DNA of 64,000 nucleotides from Eledone cirrhosa (lineage: Eukaryota), in contig CAXHJY010001513.1 of assembly GCA_964016885.1 (NCBI GenBank), positions 1-64,000 on the forward strand, written 5' to 3'. The translations under genes were made by a program, and so were the position numbers. The notes under the pieces were generated by a model that saw nothing but the letters and a program-made list of their open reading frames with translations, was not told the DNA's origin and did not search any database. This document shows positions 32,235-45,912 of the stretch, in pieces (within the stretch, counting starts at the first letter, position 1; the number at the start of each line of letters is the position of its first letter).

Positions 32235-32888
32235 AAATGAGCTCGCTGGTTTATGTCAAACATGGCATTCAGTTAAACCTCAGCAAGTACAGAACAATTT
32301 AAGTGACAGCATCGTGATACATTCTAGTGGGGGTGTGGGGGTGGACAAGGGCTGTCACACAATCCAACTTCATCCTCATCACCATCATCACCATCATCAC
32401 TGTCATTATCATCACCACCACCATCACCACCACCACCATCACCATCACCACCACCACCACCACCACCATCATCACCATTATCATCATCATCACCATCATC
32501 ACCACCACCACTATCACCATCATCACCACCACCACCATCACCATCACCACCACCACCACCACCACCACCACCATCATCACCACCACCACCATCACCATCA
32601 CAACAGCCACCACCACCTCTAACAAAATCATCATTCTAAACACCACCACCACCACCATATATATATATATACACACACACACACAGGTACGCGCACACAC
32701 ATCTACACACACACATGTACACACATCTACACCCAAACACACACACACACGCATACACACACACACACACACACACACATACACACACACACACACATGT
32801 ACACACATCTACACACACACACACACACACATCTACACACACACACACACATGTACACACATCTACACACACACACACACACACACAC

Positions 32889-32925
<37 letters not shown>

Positions 32926-33306
32926 CACACACACACACACACACATCTACCCACGTTTATGATGTTTTCTGTTGTCTTCATATTTTTCTTCTCTTGAAAT
33001 AACCTGAAAGTTTCAATCTTTGACCTTTTCTTGTTCACCGATCAAAACACCCCCCCCCCCTCTTTCTCTCTCTCACACACTCTCTCTCTTTCTCTCTCTC
33101 TCTCTATATATATATCTCACATACATCTCTCTCTCTCTCTCACACACATCTCTCTCTCTCACACACATCTCTCTCTCTCACACACACTCTCTCTCTCTCT
33201 CTCTCTTACACAGATCTCTCTCTCTCACACACATCTCTCTCTCACACACTCTCTCTCTCACTCTCTCACACACACATCTCTCTCTCTCTCTCTCTCACAC
33301 ACTCTC

Positions 33307-33343
<37 letters not shown>

Positions 33344-33564
33344 GACATCTCTTGCACTCTCTCTCTCTCGCCGCCGCCACACATCTATTTCACTCTTCCT
33401 CTCACCCACTCACACACACACACACACACACACTCATTCACACACAAACATATAGATCCCAGATTAAAGATCTTTCTCTTTCATACACACGCACACACAC
33501 ACACACACACAAACATATAGATCCCAGATTAGAGATCTTTCTCTTTCATACACACGCACACACG

Positions 33565-33595
<31 letters not shown>

Positions 33596-33737
33596 ACACT
33601 CACACACACAAACACACATATATTGTAAGTATGTTTTGAAACTGCGAGCAAGTTTGAAACTTGAAACAGAAGCTTTCGCCATGTTTTTGTCTAAAGAAGT
33701 TTTAGCCCGAGTGTGGAAAAGGATGAGTATTGACGTA

Positions 33738-33793
33738 CATGGGAGTCGAACCCGCATCTTTGGTTATCCAGACCACTGTGTTAGCATTACACC
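33738..33793 (-). pseudogene. tRNA-like fragment (SINE head or tRNA pseudogene)
   Basis: Reverse complement TGGTGTAATGC ... GGGTTCGACTCCC with tRNA-like A/B box spacing; no complete cloverleaf. Confidence 0.45.
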
Positions 33794-33835
33794 AACACAT
33801 CACCCATCTCCTTCCATTTATATAAGCTCATTAGC

Positions 33836-33898
<63 letters not shown>

Positions 33899-33916
33899 AC
33901 ACACACACACACACAC

Positions 33917-33949
<33 letters not shown>

Positions 33950-34553
33950 TTACTATGTATGGACTACCTTACTTATTGTGGTTACTCCCGATTGAGTTGT
34001 TTTTTTTTAATTATAAAAACGAGATGTCCTGCACAAGGTAAACAAATCGAAAATGCAACTGGAGTCTTTTTAAGAATATTTATTTGTTTCCTTTACCGGT
34101 TTCACAGTTCTTCTGCTTTTCAAAAGTAGTTTTTATCGCATCTGGACAGAAGCACTCCGTGTTTTTAAGTTGATGGTATGCGAATAAATAGTAATTATAG
34201 CTGTAATATCAACAATTGGCACTAACATAGCGTGTTTCATAACAGAGGTGTGTATGGTAGCCTATACAATTGGCATAGAAGAGTTTTGTTATGAATATTT
34301 TAACCTATGATCATTTCGTAGCTATCTCAGTTGCTGTGTAACAATGCCGTATTTCAACATATTTATCCATCTTCAGTGACGTTTACTCAGTCGGTTTTAG
34401 TAATTCCACTACATAATATGAGGAATAGTAATATGTTGACTAAGTCTTGTTATTTCTGGACCCGGGTATCTCATTAATTGCTCACCCACCCCCACCAATC
34501 CACTCCCACATCCTATTGGATAACACACCACCCCATATAGATTTCTTCTTCTT

Positions 34554-34584
<31 letters not shown>

Positions 34585-34646
34585 TTCTTCTTCTTCTTCT
34601 TCTTCTTCTTCTTCGCACACTCCAGCTCCCTAATTTTCCCCTCTCT

Positions 34647-34840
<194 letters not shown>

Positions 34841-34920
34841 TATCTATATATATATACAGATATCTATATATCTATCTATCTATATATATATATATACAGA
34901 TATCTATATATCTATCTATA

Positions 34921-34994
<74 letters not shown>

Positions 34995-35143
34995 CACCCC
35001 CCCCAGCCATCCACCACGTCTACATACAACACCCACCCAGATAAAGTTGTTACTAGATATATTAGCTTATCATGATGGGATATTTTTTTAACAGAGATAT
35101 ATTTGATAAATGTCTATGTATACACACAGACACACACACAGAG

Positions 35144-35175
<32 letters not shown>

Positions 35176-35313
35176 ACACACACACACACAGACACACACA
35201 CACACAGAGACACACACACACACACAGAGACACACACACACACACACACACACACAGAGACACACACGCAGACACAAGCATATACGCATACACTCATACA
35301 CACACACACACAC

Positions 35314-35353
<40 letters not shown>

Positions 35354-35618
35354 GTGAACATATATATGTATATATATGTATATATATGTGTATATATGTA
35401 TATATATATATGTATGTATATATATATATATATATATATACACGTGTGTGTTTCTGTGTGTGAGTGTGACTGTATATGTGCGTGTCCATATATATGCATC
35501 GATGTATGTATATGCATGTATATATGCATGTATGTATGTATGTATGTATGTATGTATGTATGTATGTATGTATGTATGTATGTATGTATGTATGTATGTA
35601 TGTATGTATGCATGCATG

Positions 35619-35658
<40 letters not shown>

Positions 35659-36505
35659 TGTGTGTGTGTATATATTTTGACTGTAGATCAGATAGGAGTA
35701 TGAGATTTTAACTTGCACTGTTATTTTACGTGGCTGGGTACATGGATCTAGAGAGGTGTGTGTGTATATTTGTAGTACTAGTGGTAGGGTGTCAGTCAGG
35801 GTGTATTAGTTGTGAACATGGGGCGCTAGGGTGTGTTTGTGGTTTAGACGTGTGTGTTCAGGCGGGAGCTAGGGTTAAATAGGAAAGGAATATATCTAGC
35901 AGACTCTTTATCTTTATATGATATCCACGTGGTGAATTTCTGGCTCAAAGCTCACCTCATATATAGTTATCACATATGCTATCATCACCGTTCAAGTAAA
36001 AACTCCCATTACATTACCATCATCTCACTTCTATTTATTACTAACCAACCAGTCGCAAGAGACTAACACAAGATACTTTGCGGTTTCTGCTCTGGTTCTT
36101 TCTCTCTCTCTGTCTGTCTCCCCTCCCCCTCTCTCTCTCCCTCTCACTGTCTCTCTGTCTGTCTGTCTCGCTGTCTCTCTGTCTGCCTCTCTCTCTCTCT
36201 TCTCTGAGTTCAAATCCCACCAATGTTCTTCTACTTTCTATCTCACCCCGCCCCCAAACTTGATATATAATCTAAGGTATTACAGTATTTTTGTTTCAGC
36301 TCTCTGTTCTTCCATTTCCAATCATACGGAGTTTAACTTTCCATTTACCCACCCCATCCTTGGCACCGGTCGTCGATTAAAGCAAGAATTTGCCTCGATT
36401 CTTTGAACTCTGAGGTCCAATCTTGCGGAGGTCAATTTTGATTTACATCACTCCGCGGTCGATAAAGTGAAATGAAATATATATATATATGCATATATAT
36501 ATATA

Positions 36506-36561
<56 letters not shown>

Positions 36562-36571
36562 TATATATATA

Positions 36572-36651
<80 letters not shown>

Positions 36652-36656
<5 letters not shown>

Positions 36657-37659
36657 TGAAGTGTCCGTTGAAAACAGAAAAAGTCATAGGAGTGTACCAC
36701 AACTCGCTGAAACCCCAGAACCTCTGTCCAGAGTTATCTCCGCCACTATAGACAGGTCATACCACCATCGCCGAGACTACGAGAAAATACGCCTAACGCA
36801 AAAATTTCTCAAACTCAGCACGGCTAACCGTCTTAACAACATCCCAACTCTAAGCACCAACAGAGGCGAACAAGACGGCACCAACACCGAACCTAGCGGC
36901 ACCCCGACCAACAACACACCTGACACAAAACACCTCGTCACAGACTTGACAGGATCCCTCTCCCGAGAGGAATTAGAACTCCTCAGCCTGGGTCCCAAGT
37001 TCATATTGAAACAGAGACTGGACGACAAATTATGGCTCGACATAGAAACGAATTTCTGTCGGGCTGCCTACCAACTAAAATGGATATCGACTCTCGACAA
37101 CAGCACCACGGAATCTATCAAACCCAGATTCCAGATATACCAACTGGATCGCCCACTCTGTCCACCGCCTGCCAACCGCGAGCTTGAAGAAAAACTCTCG
37201 AGGCTAAAACATTCCGTATTTAACATCTTACGGAAACAGAAGAAGATAGCCCCAAACCTCTCAAGGACACAACAACTCGCCCTGAAGAACCTACGGAATA
37301 GGGAACTTATATACTTACCATCCGACAAAGGTAAAGAGTTTTGCGTCATCTCTCAAGCCACATACAACAACCTAGCCTTTGAACACTTAAGTGACAATGA
37401 ATTATATACAGAGATCCCGGACATGACTGCAGCTCAGATCGAAAAGCAGACCAACTCCATCTGGTTCGATATCTGCAGAAGACAACTCCCAAATAAAGTT
37501 AAGCTCAACTACACCACTAGAAATAGCAGACTGCCCACTTTCTACCACCTCATCAAGACCCACAAGAATAGTACTAAGACGCAAATAAGACCCATCGTCT
37601 CTAGCATAGAAGGACCCCTATACACAATTTCCTGGCTCCTCTCCCAGGTCCTCAAATAA
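36652..37659 (+). pseudogene. PLE ORF, N-terminal part through RT motifs 1-2
   Basis: [27 protein letters not shown] (DKG motif), [23 protein letters not shown]. The first ~60 aa of the track ORF are microsatellite. Confidence 0.9.
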
Positions 37660-38521
37660 AATATACACAACATTCTCCAGCATGGACGCCAGTATAAAGT
37701 TCAGCATGGAACACCCCGATGACCGCGGATCCCTATCCCTACTGGACTTCCAACTCAGGGTAACAGAAGAAGGCAGCATCCACACCTGCTTCTATAAAAA
37801 AAAAGCCGCCAGCAGGGACCTGTTCGTACATTTCAGATCGGCCCTCCCAGCCGGCGCTAAGTTCGGATACATAAGGAACGAACTAACACGTATCCGAAAC
37901 AAATGCACCGACGCTAGAGACCGAGACACACACACCACACATTTCCTGGAAGTACTCAAACTGAACGGATACACGACATCCACCACAAACCGTGCCAGAA
38001 AGAACAGAGGACACCACACCCGAGGCACTAACACTTGTTTCCTGAAACTCCCACACTTCAGTGACGAAACAACAACAGCCATCCGCAGAGCTATCAGACG
38101 AGAGGGACTAGATATCCAACTGGCCCACTCAGGTCCTTCTCTACGTGGACGGCTAACCAAAAGACACTCCACCAGACATGACAACTGCTGCAGGCTAGCC
38201 AATTGCCCCATCAACGACACAGACCTATGCCACCAGGCTTACGTCGTATACAGACTAGAGTGTGACAAATGCAGCAACTTCTACGTAGGTAGCACCACCA
38301 GACCACTCCACATAAGAATAAAAGAACACCTCAATACTAACGCTTCCTCATTTAAGAAACACCTAGTTAAATGCAAAAACACCGACAAAACCATAACAGT
38401 TAGGATAGAAACTAAGGAAAGAAACCTCGGCAATCTTAGAATTAAGGAAGCACTAATTATAGACAAAACACAATCACCAATCAATAATAGACTAGAACTC
38501 AACACCCAATTTATAACTTGA
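37658..38521 (+). pseudogene. PLE ORF, RT motifs 6-7, thumb, Cys-rich linker and GIY-YIG endonuclease
   Basis: SIKFSMEH...LSLLDF, FYKK...VHFRSALP, LNGY, CCRLANCPI...LC, VVYRLECDKCSNFYVGSTTRPLHIRIKEH, IKEALII, PINNRLE. Confidence 0.92.
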
Positions 38522-38934
38522 TAGAGCATCTAGCCCCATATTTACGCCCCCCACACACGCACACACACACACGCACGCACACACACACGCTTACACCTCC
38601 ACTTATTCTCTCTCACACACACACATACACACACAAAGACCAGTTCTAACACGAGATAACATCTATCCCCCACATTTACGTATAGACATATCTTCTCACA
38701 CTCACACACACACACTCACATACTTACACCTTCATGCATTCTCCCACACTCTTAAACAGGCATGTACAAAATATATTAAAAAAAAAAATAAATAAATAAA
38801 CCCTTTTAAAGGGAGACTACTTTTTATCCACCTAACCTAACTCTTTGACATTAGAGATAGAACAGATACTCTATACCATTTCCTGTCAGCATGAATGGCA
38901 ATCTATTTAGAACACTGGTTTAACCGCTTTACTT

Positions 38935-38971
38935 CCCTCCGAAGAAGAGATATTATCTCGAAAATTAAGGA
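38935..38971 (+). ncRNA. Variant minimal hammerhead motif in PLE 3' region
   Basis: cct-CCGAAGA(38939)-a-gagat att atctc-GAAA(38960)-at-TA-agg; core has C in place of U4. Confidence 0.6.
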
Positions 38972-39157
38972 CATTTAAATAATTCTAAGGTAAAAGACGA
39001 ATTGTCAACAATATCTTTTGCATTTGCATTCTTTATTCTATGTCCATACCTGCATTGTTTTGGCTTTATTATACATATACAAACGTTTATACCTCATTAC
39101 ACAATGCTTCAATGCTCAATGCTTCAATGCTTCAATGCTTCAATGCTTCAATGCTTC

Positions 39158-39200
<43 letters not shown>

Positions 39201-39205
<5 letters not shown>

Positions 39206-39305
39206 TTATCTGTTGAAAGCACACCATAATTTAACTTGGTGTCCTTGAAATATGTATAATGAAATAAATATGGTTTTATAAATATAGTTTCCATTTGTTA
39301 ATATC

Positions 39306-39308
<3 letters not shown>
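39201..39308 (+). mobile_element. Single-arm relative of the 7154-7552 element, hammerhead core mutated (CTGTTGA)
   Basis: ttattttat-CTGTTGA-aagcacacca...tggtgtcctt-GAAA-tatgta-TA-atgaaataa; same 3' end ttaatatcgt+(TA)n. Confidence 0.8.
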
Positions 39309-39345
<37 letters not shown>

Positions 39346-39348
<3 letters not shown>

Positions 39349-39849
39349 GTTATGCAATAAATGTTTAGGGTTATCCTGAATGCAGTAATGGTTAATTACT
39401 ACACTAGATAGAGTTGACATACGGTGAGGGGTTACTCAACGGGTTATGGAAGAATAGTCGGAAAAATTTAGTTTCTGATTCCTGAGTATATATAAAGAAT
39501 GAATAATAACAGGTGGACACCATAAAAAGGTAATTTATTCCGAGTGCTTACAAATGTTTCAACAGTAGTTATACAGCCAAGTCATGCTATGTGCAATTGA
39601 TAATTAATAATTATTTGATTGCTGAAACTCAATTTTCAAATGCTGCGACTACCATTTCCTCAGAGCAGAATCAGAATTCTGCTCTGAGGAAATGGTAGTC
39701 GCAGCATTTGAAAATGGAGTTTCAGCAATCAAATAATTATTAATTATCAATTGCACATAGCATGACTTGGCTGTATAACTACTGTTGAAACATTTGTAAG
39801 CACTCGGAATAAATTACCTTTTTATGATGTCCACCTGTTATTACTCATT

Positions 39850-39853
<4 letters not shown>
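39346..39853. mobile_element. Foldback with ~180 bp arms (39487-39671 / 39676-39853) and ~140 bp tail on left
   Basis: Near-perfect palindrome with 4-nt spacer, (TA)n on both sides, hammerhead in each arm. Confidence 0.88.
39680..39802 (+). ncRNA. Hammerhead motif with ~96-nt stem II (mirror copy on minus strand)
   Basis: tgct-CTGAGGA(39684)-aatggtag...ctactgtt-GAAA(39787)-catttg-TA-agca. Confidence 0.75.
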
Positions 39854-39908
<55 letters not shown>

Positions 39909-39925
39909 ATAAACAACATAAGTTA

Positions 39926-39996
39926 ATTATTTCATTTACCAGTGGTTTCTTGAAGACAGATATTTATGTCTGTCTTCATTCATCAGAAGAAATAAT
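39926..39996 (-). ncRNA. Type I hammerhead ribozyme motif
   Basis: Reverse complement: attatttctt-CTGATGA-a-tgaagacaga cataaata tctgtcttca-a-GAAA-ccactgg-TA-aatgaaataat. Confidence 0.88.
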
Positions 39997-40155
39997 ATGA
40001 AATATTTTTTAATATGTATTTGAAAACAGAGTTTAGGATAAATGAAAGTGAGGCTGAAATAAAATAACGGGCAAAAATTGAGGGGGAAAAAAAGGTCTGT
40101 AGCCTACATAGAGCACTCTCTTTTCCTTTACCTTTCCTACGGAAATACTTCATTT

Positions 40156-40190
<35 letters not shown>

Positions 40191-40192
<2 letters not shown>

Positions 40193-40345
40193 GAAGCTTT
40201 CGCTGTATTTTGACTAGAGAACTTTTAGCCTGATAGTAGGGTTCTAAACCCCACTACCAGGCTAAAAGTTCTTTAGTAAAAAAATACGGCGAAAGCTTCT
40301 ATTTCTAATTTCAAATTCGCTCGCTGTTTCAAAACAAACTTACTT

Positions 40346-40348
<3 letters not shown>
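40191..40348. mobile_element. TA-embedded foldback (40191-40301) with 47 bp tail on right
   Basis: tagaagctttcgctgtatttt...aaaatacggcgaaagcttcta; about 55 bp arms. Confidence 0.8.
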
Positions 40349-40414
<66 letters not shown>

Positions 40415-40766
40415 TGTGTGTGAGTGTGTGTGGATGTGTGTGTGTGTAATATAAGGCAAAGAGCCGATAGGTCATGTTCTGTATAAGAAAGAGAAAAATA
40501 GCAGTCACACTAAGAATCGAACTTGTTTCTCCAGTTTTACATCTTTGTACCAGTGTGAGCCTACATGTACTCCATAAAACGCGTGTGTGTATATAGATAT
40601 ATACACATACAACCAGAAACACATGCATACATATATACATACATAAACACCCGCAAATCCACAAACCATACAGACACAAACGTGTCTACATATGCAACAG
40701 AAACACACACGTACTCCCTAATACCTACACACACACACTCATATGTATATATGAATACATATATAT

Positions 40767-40843
<77 letters not shown>

Positions 40844-40943
40844 CATACATACACACACACATATATATATATATATACACATTTATATATATATACACAT
40901 ATATATATATATATATATTTACATATATATATATATATATATT

Positions 40944-40976
<33 letters not shown>

Positions 40977-41206
40977 ATATATATATATATTTACATACGT
41001 ACACACACATATATATATATATTTATATATATATATATATTTACATACGTACACACACATATATATATACATTTATATATATATATATATTTACATACAT
41101 ACACACACATATATATATATATACATTTATATATATATATATTTACATACATACACACACATATATATATATATATATATACACATTTATATATATATAC
41201 ATACAA

Positions 41207-41267
<61 letters not shown>

Positions 41268-42325
41268 CATACACGCACACACACACATATATATATATAC
41301 ACATAGGCACATACATATACATCTAGTTATACACACAACTACATGCCGACCGTTTGAGGGGTTGCCGGGTAACATTTGACGGGTAAATTTCCAGACAGGT
41401 TCATTATACAATTAGTGGGTTTATTGGCACCTAAAAGAGGATCCCGGGTGTAGGGGAGGTGTGGGTGTGGGTGTGGGGATATAGGGATGTATGTGTAGGG
41501 GCAGGCCAATTTAGGGCTCAGTTCAGAGGCCGTGCACTCTATTCCACTTGAGGACACTACAGTTGATGAAACATTAGGAGGAAAACAGGGATGTTGTTGT
41601 TGTTGTTGGTGGTGGTGTTGGTGGTGGTGGTGGTGGTGGTGGTGGTGTTGTTGTTGTTGGTGGTGGTGGTGGTGTTGGTGTTGTTGTTGGTGTTGTTGGT
41701 GTTGGTGGTGGTGTTGTTGTTGGTGTTGTTGTTGTTGGTGGTGTTGGTGGTGGTGTTGGTGTTGGTGGTGTTGTTGTTAGTGTTGTTGGTGTTGGTGGTG
41801 GTGGTGGTGTTGGTGGTGTTGGTGGTGTTGTTGGTGGTGGTGTTGGTGTTGGTGGTGGTGTTGTTGTTGGTGTTGGTGGTGGTGTTGTTGTTGGTGGTGG
41901 TGGTGTTGTTGTTGGTGATGGTGTTGTTGTTGGTGGTGTTGGTGTTGGTCGTGGTGTTGGTATTGTTGTTGTTGTTAGTGTTGTTGGTGGTGGTGGTGGT
42001 GGTGTTGGTGTTGGTGTTAGTGTTGTTGGTGTTGTTGTTGTTGTTAGTGGTGGTGGTGGTGGTGGTGTTGGTGGTGTTGTTGTTGTTAGTGTTGTTGGTG
42101 GTGTTGTTGGTGGTGGTGGTGGTGGTGGTGTTGTTGTTAGTGGTGGTGGTGGTGTTGTTGTTAGTGTTGTTGGTGGTGGTGGTGTTGTTGTTGTTGGTGG
42201 TGCTGGTGGTATTACTGTTGTTGTTGTTGTTAGAGGTGATAGTGTTGTTGATTTGCCTAGTACAAGCTTCGATTCTTCCTCTGTAAGAAATTTGCTGTGT
42301 TCAGAACTGGAGAGGGAGAGGCTAG

Positions 42326-42379
<54 letters not shown>

Positions 42380-42654
42380 ATCTCTCTCTCCCTCTCTCTC
42401 CTCCCTCTCTGTTCAGAACTGGAGAGGGATGAGTTCCGCCATGTTTCAAATGTTCTCGAAACGCCACTAGGGCGGCACTACGATTCCTTCAATCTTATTG
42501 ATGTGAGTGACCTGTACCTTATTCCAAAATTAGGCGCCATTATGGTGCAATGCCCAGTTTTTAGAGTTTATCTGTTCCAATAGGATCAAATGCAGAGTGG
42601 ACCTCACCGGTATTTGAACACGGAACCTACTACTACTACTACTACCACTACTAT

Positions 42655-42695
<41 letters not shown>

Positions 42696-43015
42696 TTACT
42701 ACTACTACCACCACCACCACCACCACTACTACTACTACTACTATTACTACTACTACCACCACCACCACCACCACTACTACTACTATTACTACTACTACTA
42801 CTACCACCACCACCACTACTACTACTACTACTATTACTACTACTACCACCACCACCACCACCACTACTATTACTACTACTACTACCACCACCACCACTAC
42901 TACTACTACTACTATTACTACTACTACTACCACTACTACTACTACTACTATTACTACTACTACTACCACCACCACCACTACTACTATTACTACTATTACT
43001 ACTACTACCACCACC

Positions 43016-43051
<36 letters not shown>

Positions 43052-43255
43052 GCCACCACCACCACCACTACTACTACTATTACTACTACTACTACCACCA
43101 CCACCACCACCACTACTACTACTATTACTACTACTACTACTACCACCACCACCACCACTACTACTACCACTACTATTACTACTACTACCACTACTATTAC
43201 TACTACTACCACCACCACCACCACCACCACTACTACTACTACTACTGCCACCACC

Positions 43256-43288
<33 letters not shown>

Positions 43289-43435
43289 GATATTAACTAA
43301 TATTGATATTTTGGAATATTTCCTTTTGACACATTAATATAAAATGTTTTAATGGCTTAGGATGACCTGTGACCTTTTAGGGGACACGACACAAAGGAGG
43401 GATCTTTGTAGACAGACAGCCAGTTAGATAGATAG

Positions 43436-43517
<82 letters not shown>

Positions 43518-43829
43518 TATATAATATATATAGAGAGAGAGATAGATAGATAGATAGATACATAGATAGATAGTAGAGAAGGGAGCGGTAGGAGGTAAAT
43601 ACTAAGAAGGAGAGGCAGGGTTGTAAATAATTGGAGTGTAGACATGGAAGAAAGTTGTAAGAATGGATATTGAGAGAAACAGAGAAAAGACATTTAAAGA
43701 TGTATATTTATTTATTTATTGTTGGAGGTCAACTTTAATGTAACAGAGTAAGTGGCGTGGACCGCCATAATGTCATTCTAGATTTGATCATAACTATATA
43801 TAGTTATGATCAGTCGGGGTCCTACTCGT

Positions 43830-43866
<37 letters not shown>

Positions 43867-43873
<7 letters not shown>

Positions 43874-44008
43874 ATACTTTGGGAGGGTCATGTTGCCAAT
43901 AAGGAACACACGCACCAGTATAACAATATCGACCCTCCCAAAGTATAACAATATCGGTTTCAACACACGATTTCAGATAAAGAATCTTGCTAAACAAATT
44001 CAGAAACG

Positions 44009-44011
<3 letters not shown>
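43867..44011. mobile_element. TA-embedded foldback, family B
   Basis: Same arm and tail as 23493-23747, with a rearranged centre. Confidence 0.8.
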
Positions 44012-44051
<40 letters not shown>

Positions 44052-44193
44052 GCATTTTAAAGGGTCCGTCGAGCTGCCGATTATTGAATCGGGTAAGATC
44101 GATATAGATCGAACCTTGAGCTGATCAGTGGCGAAACGCGCGTTACCTACCAATAAATGTAATGAAGGAGTAACCAATCGTCCTTGTTATCCC

Positions 44194-44230
<37 letters not shown>

Positions 44231-44240
44231 TTATTTATTT

Positions 44241-44374
44241 AATACTCTGCTTTGTATTGAGTACCTTACTGTGGTTACCCCCGATGGAACCCGGGATAAA
44301 CTTATATATATATATATATATCCCGGGTTCAATCAGGGGTAACCACAGTAAGGTACTCAATACATAGTAAAGTA
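44241..44374. mobile_element. Inverted repeat with central (TA)n
   Basis: tgtattgagtaccttactgtggttacccc...cccgggata / tatcccggg...ggggtaaccacagtaaggtactcaataca; fragment copy at ~33945-33996. Confidence 0.8.
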
Positions 44375-44918
44375 TATATAATATTTAATATAGAAAAACA
44401 CTTTCCTTCGAATGAAACAGTTCTAGTCCTGTAGAAGCCATTTCTATATTAAATATATACATACATACAAGACCACCATCAACACCACCACCAACACCAA
44501 CACCACTAACAACAACAATAACAACAACAATATTATGGCTACGTGGTGCAGTAGTTAAATGTCCCACTTCCTCCCCCACTCAAAGGTGATGTGACTATTT
44601 ACGGAAAATTGTTGGCGTTATAAGAGGTCTTTAAAGTAGATTGCTCAGCTGTAACGGCTGTCCTGTCACTTCCGGAATGAGGAGGAGAGCTGTTAACACG
44701 ACAAAATTACCTCTCTATCTCTCTCTCACTCTCTCTCTCTCTCTCTAGCTCGCTCGCTATCTCACTCTCTCGCTCTCTCTCTCTCTCACTCACTCACTCA
44801 CTCCCTCTCTCTCTCTCTCACTCTCTTGCTCTCTCTCTCTCCCACTCTCTCTCTCTCGCTCTCATACACACTCTCTCTCTCTCTCGCTCTAACTCTCACA
44901 CTATCTCACTCTCTCTCG

Positions 44919-44963
<45 letters not shown>

Positions 44964-45699
44964 CTCTTTCACTCTCACTCTCCCTTTCTAACTCTCTTTA
45001 ATCATATAAGCCTGGGAGTAGTGGCGGCGGTGATATTATTGTTATTTATCTTCACAAAAACACAATAAACGAGCCCCTATTTGTTCCCTCCTCCCCAAAC
45101 GCACACGCACACGCACACACACCGTGAAATAGCAGAGTCCAATGGAGATGTAGACAGAACAACTGTCATCAGCTATCCACTGGATAGTAATGCAGTTTCG
45201 GTTCTCTTTGATGTATAGTAGACAGATATGGATATTCTTCATATGAGAACATGAAACGGAGAGTTCGTACCTCTGTAGTTCTAGTGCCCTACCTTCACGA
45301 GATCCTTTCATGGGAGAATCCCCGGGTAGTTTACTGATACATCCCCAGTCATATGAAAAGCAACGCCAAATGAAGCTTCTTGCCTTGCTCAAGAACATAA
45401 TGTCCCTCATGGTCCAGCGATAGAAATTACAACCATATTATCATAGTTCAATACTCTAACAACTAGACTACTTGCCTTCACAGATAAGGACCTACATGTA
45501 CTTGAACCATACGGGGACATAAGATTGTGTTGCCTGTAGATCTAAATAATTATTTAACAAATAGTTACCATGAATAAGCAACTAAACCCTAACCTAACTA
45601 TAAAAATAACAATAAAGATGATATATATAAATATAAAACAAAAAATAAATAAATCCATGAGGCCGCATATGACACTTTTCAGTGATTTCATGTGAAATG

Positions 45700-45912
45700 A
45701 TTCGTAAATGTGTCTAATCGGACCGAGGAAACAATGTTTCCGTTGGTCTTTCCAGTTGCTAATACTATCTATCGGTCACAACTCCAGGTAGAAGGAGCAA
45801 CGTGAAATAAAGTGTCTTGCTCAAGGACATAACGCATCGCCTTGTCCAGGAATCGAACTGGCAACCTCACAATTACGAATCCAGTTCTCTAACCACTCAC
45901 CACACGCCTTCA
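45700..45912 (-). mobile_element. SINE family 2
   Basis: Reverse complement of 25748-25942. Confidence 0.85.

Larger units (their letters stand above)
36652..39160 (+). mobile_element. Penelope-like retroelement (endonuclease-positive), internally deleted
   Basis: RT and GIY-YIG coding remnants, ~640 bp 3' region containing a hammerhead-like motif, (TA)n at both ends. Confidence 0.92.

Noticed and set aside
36777-38529. Minus-strand ORFs over the PLE
   Set aside because: Antisense shadows of the plus-strand coding frames.
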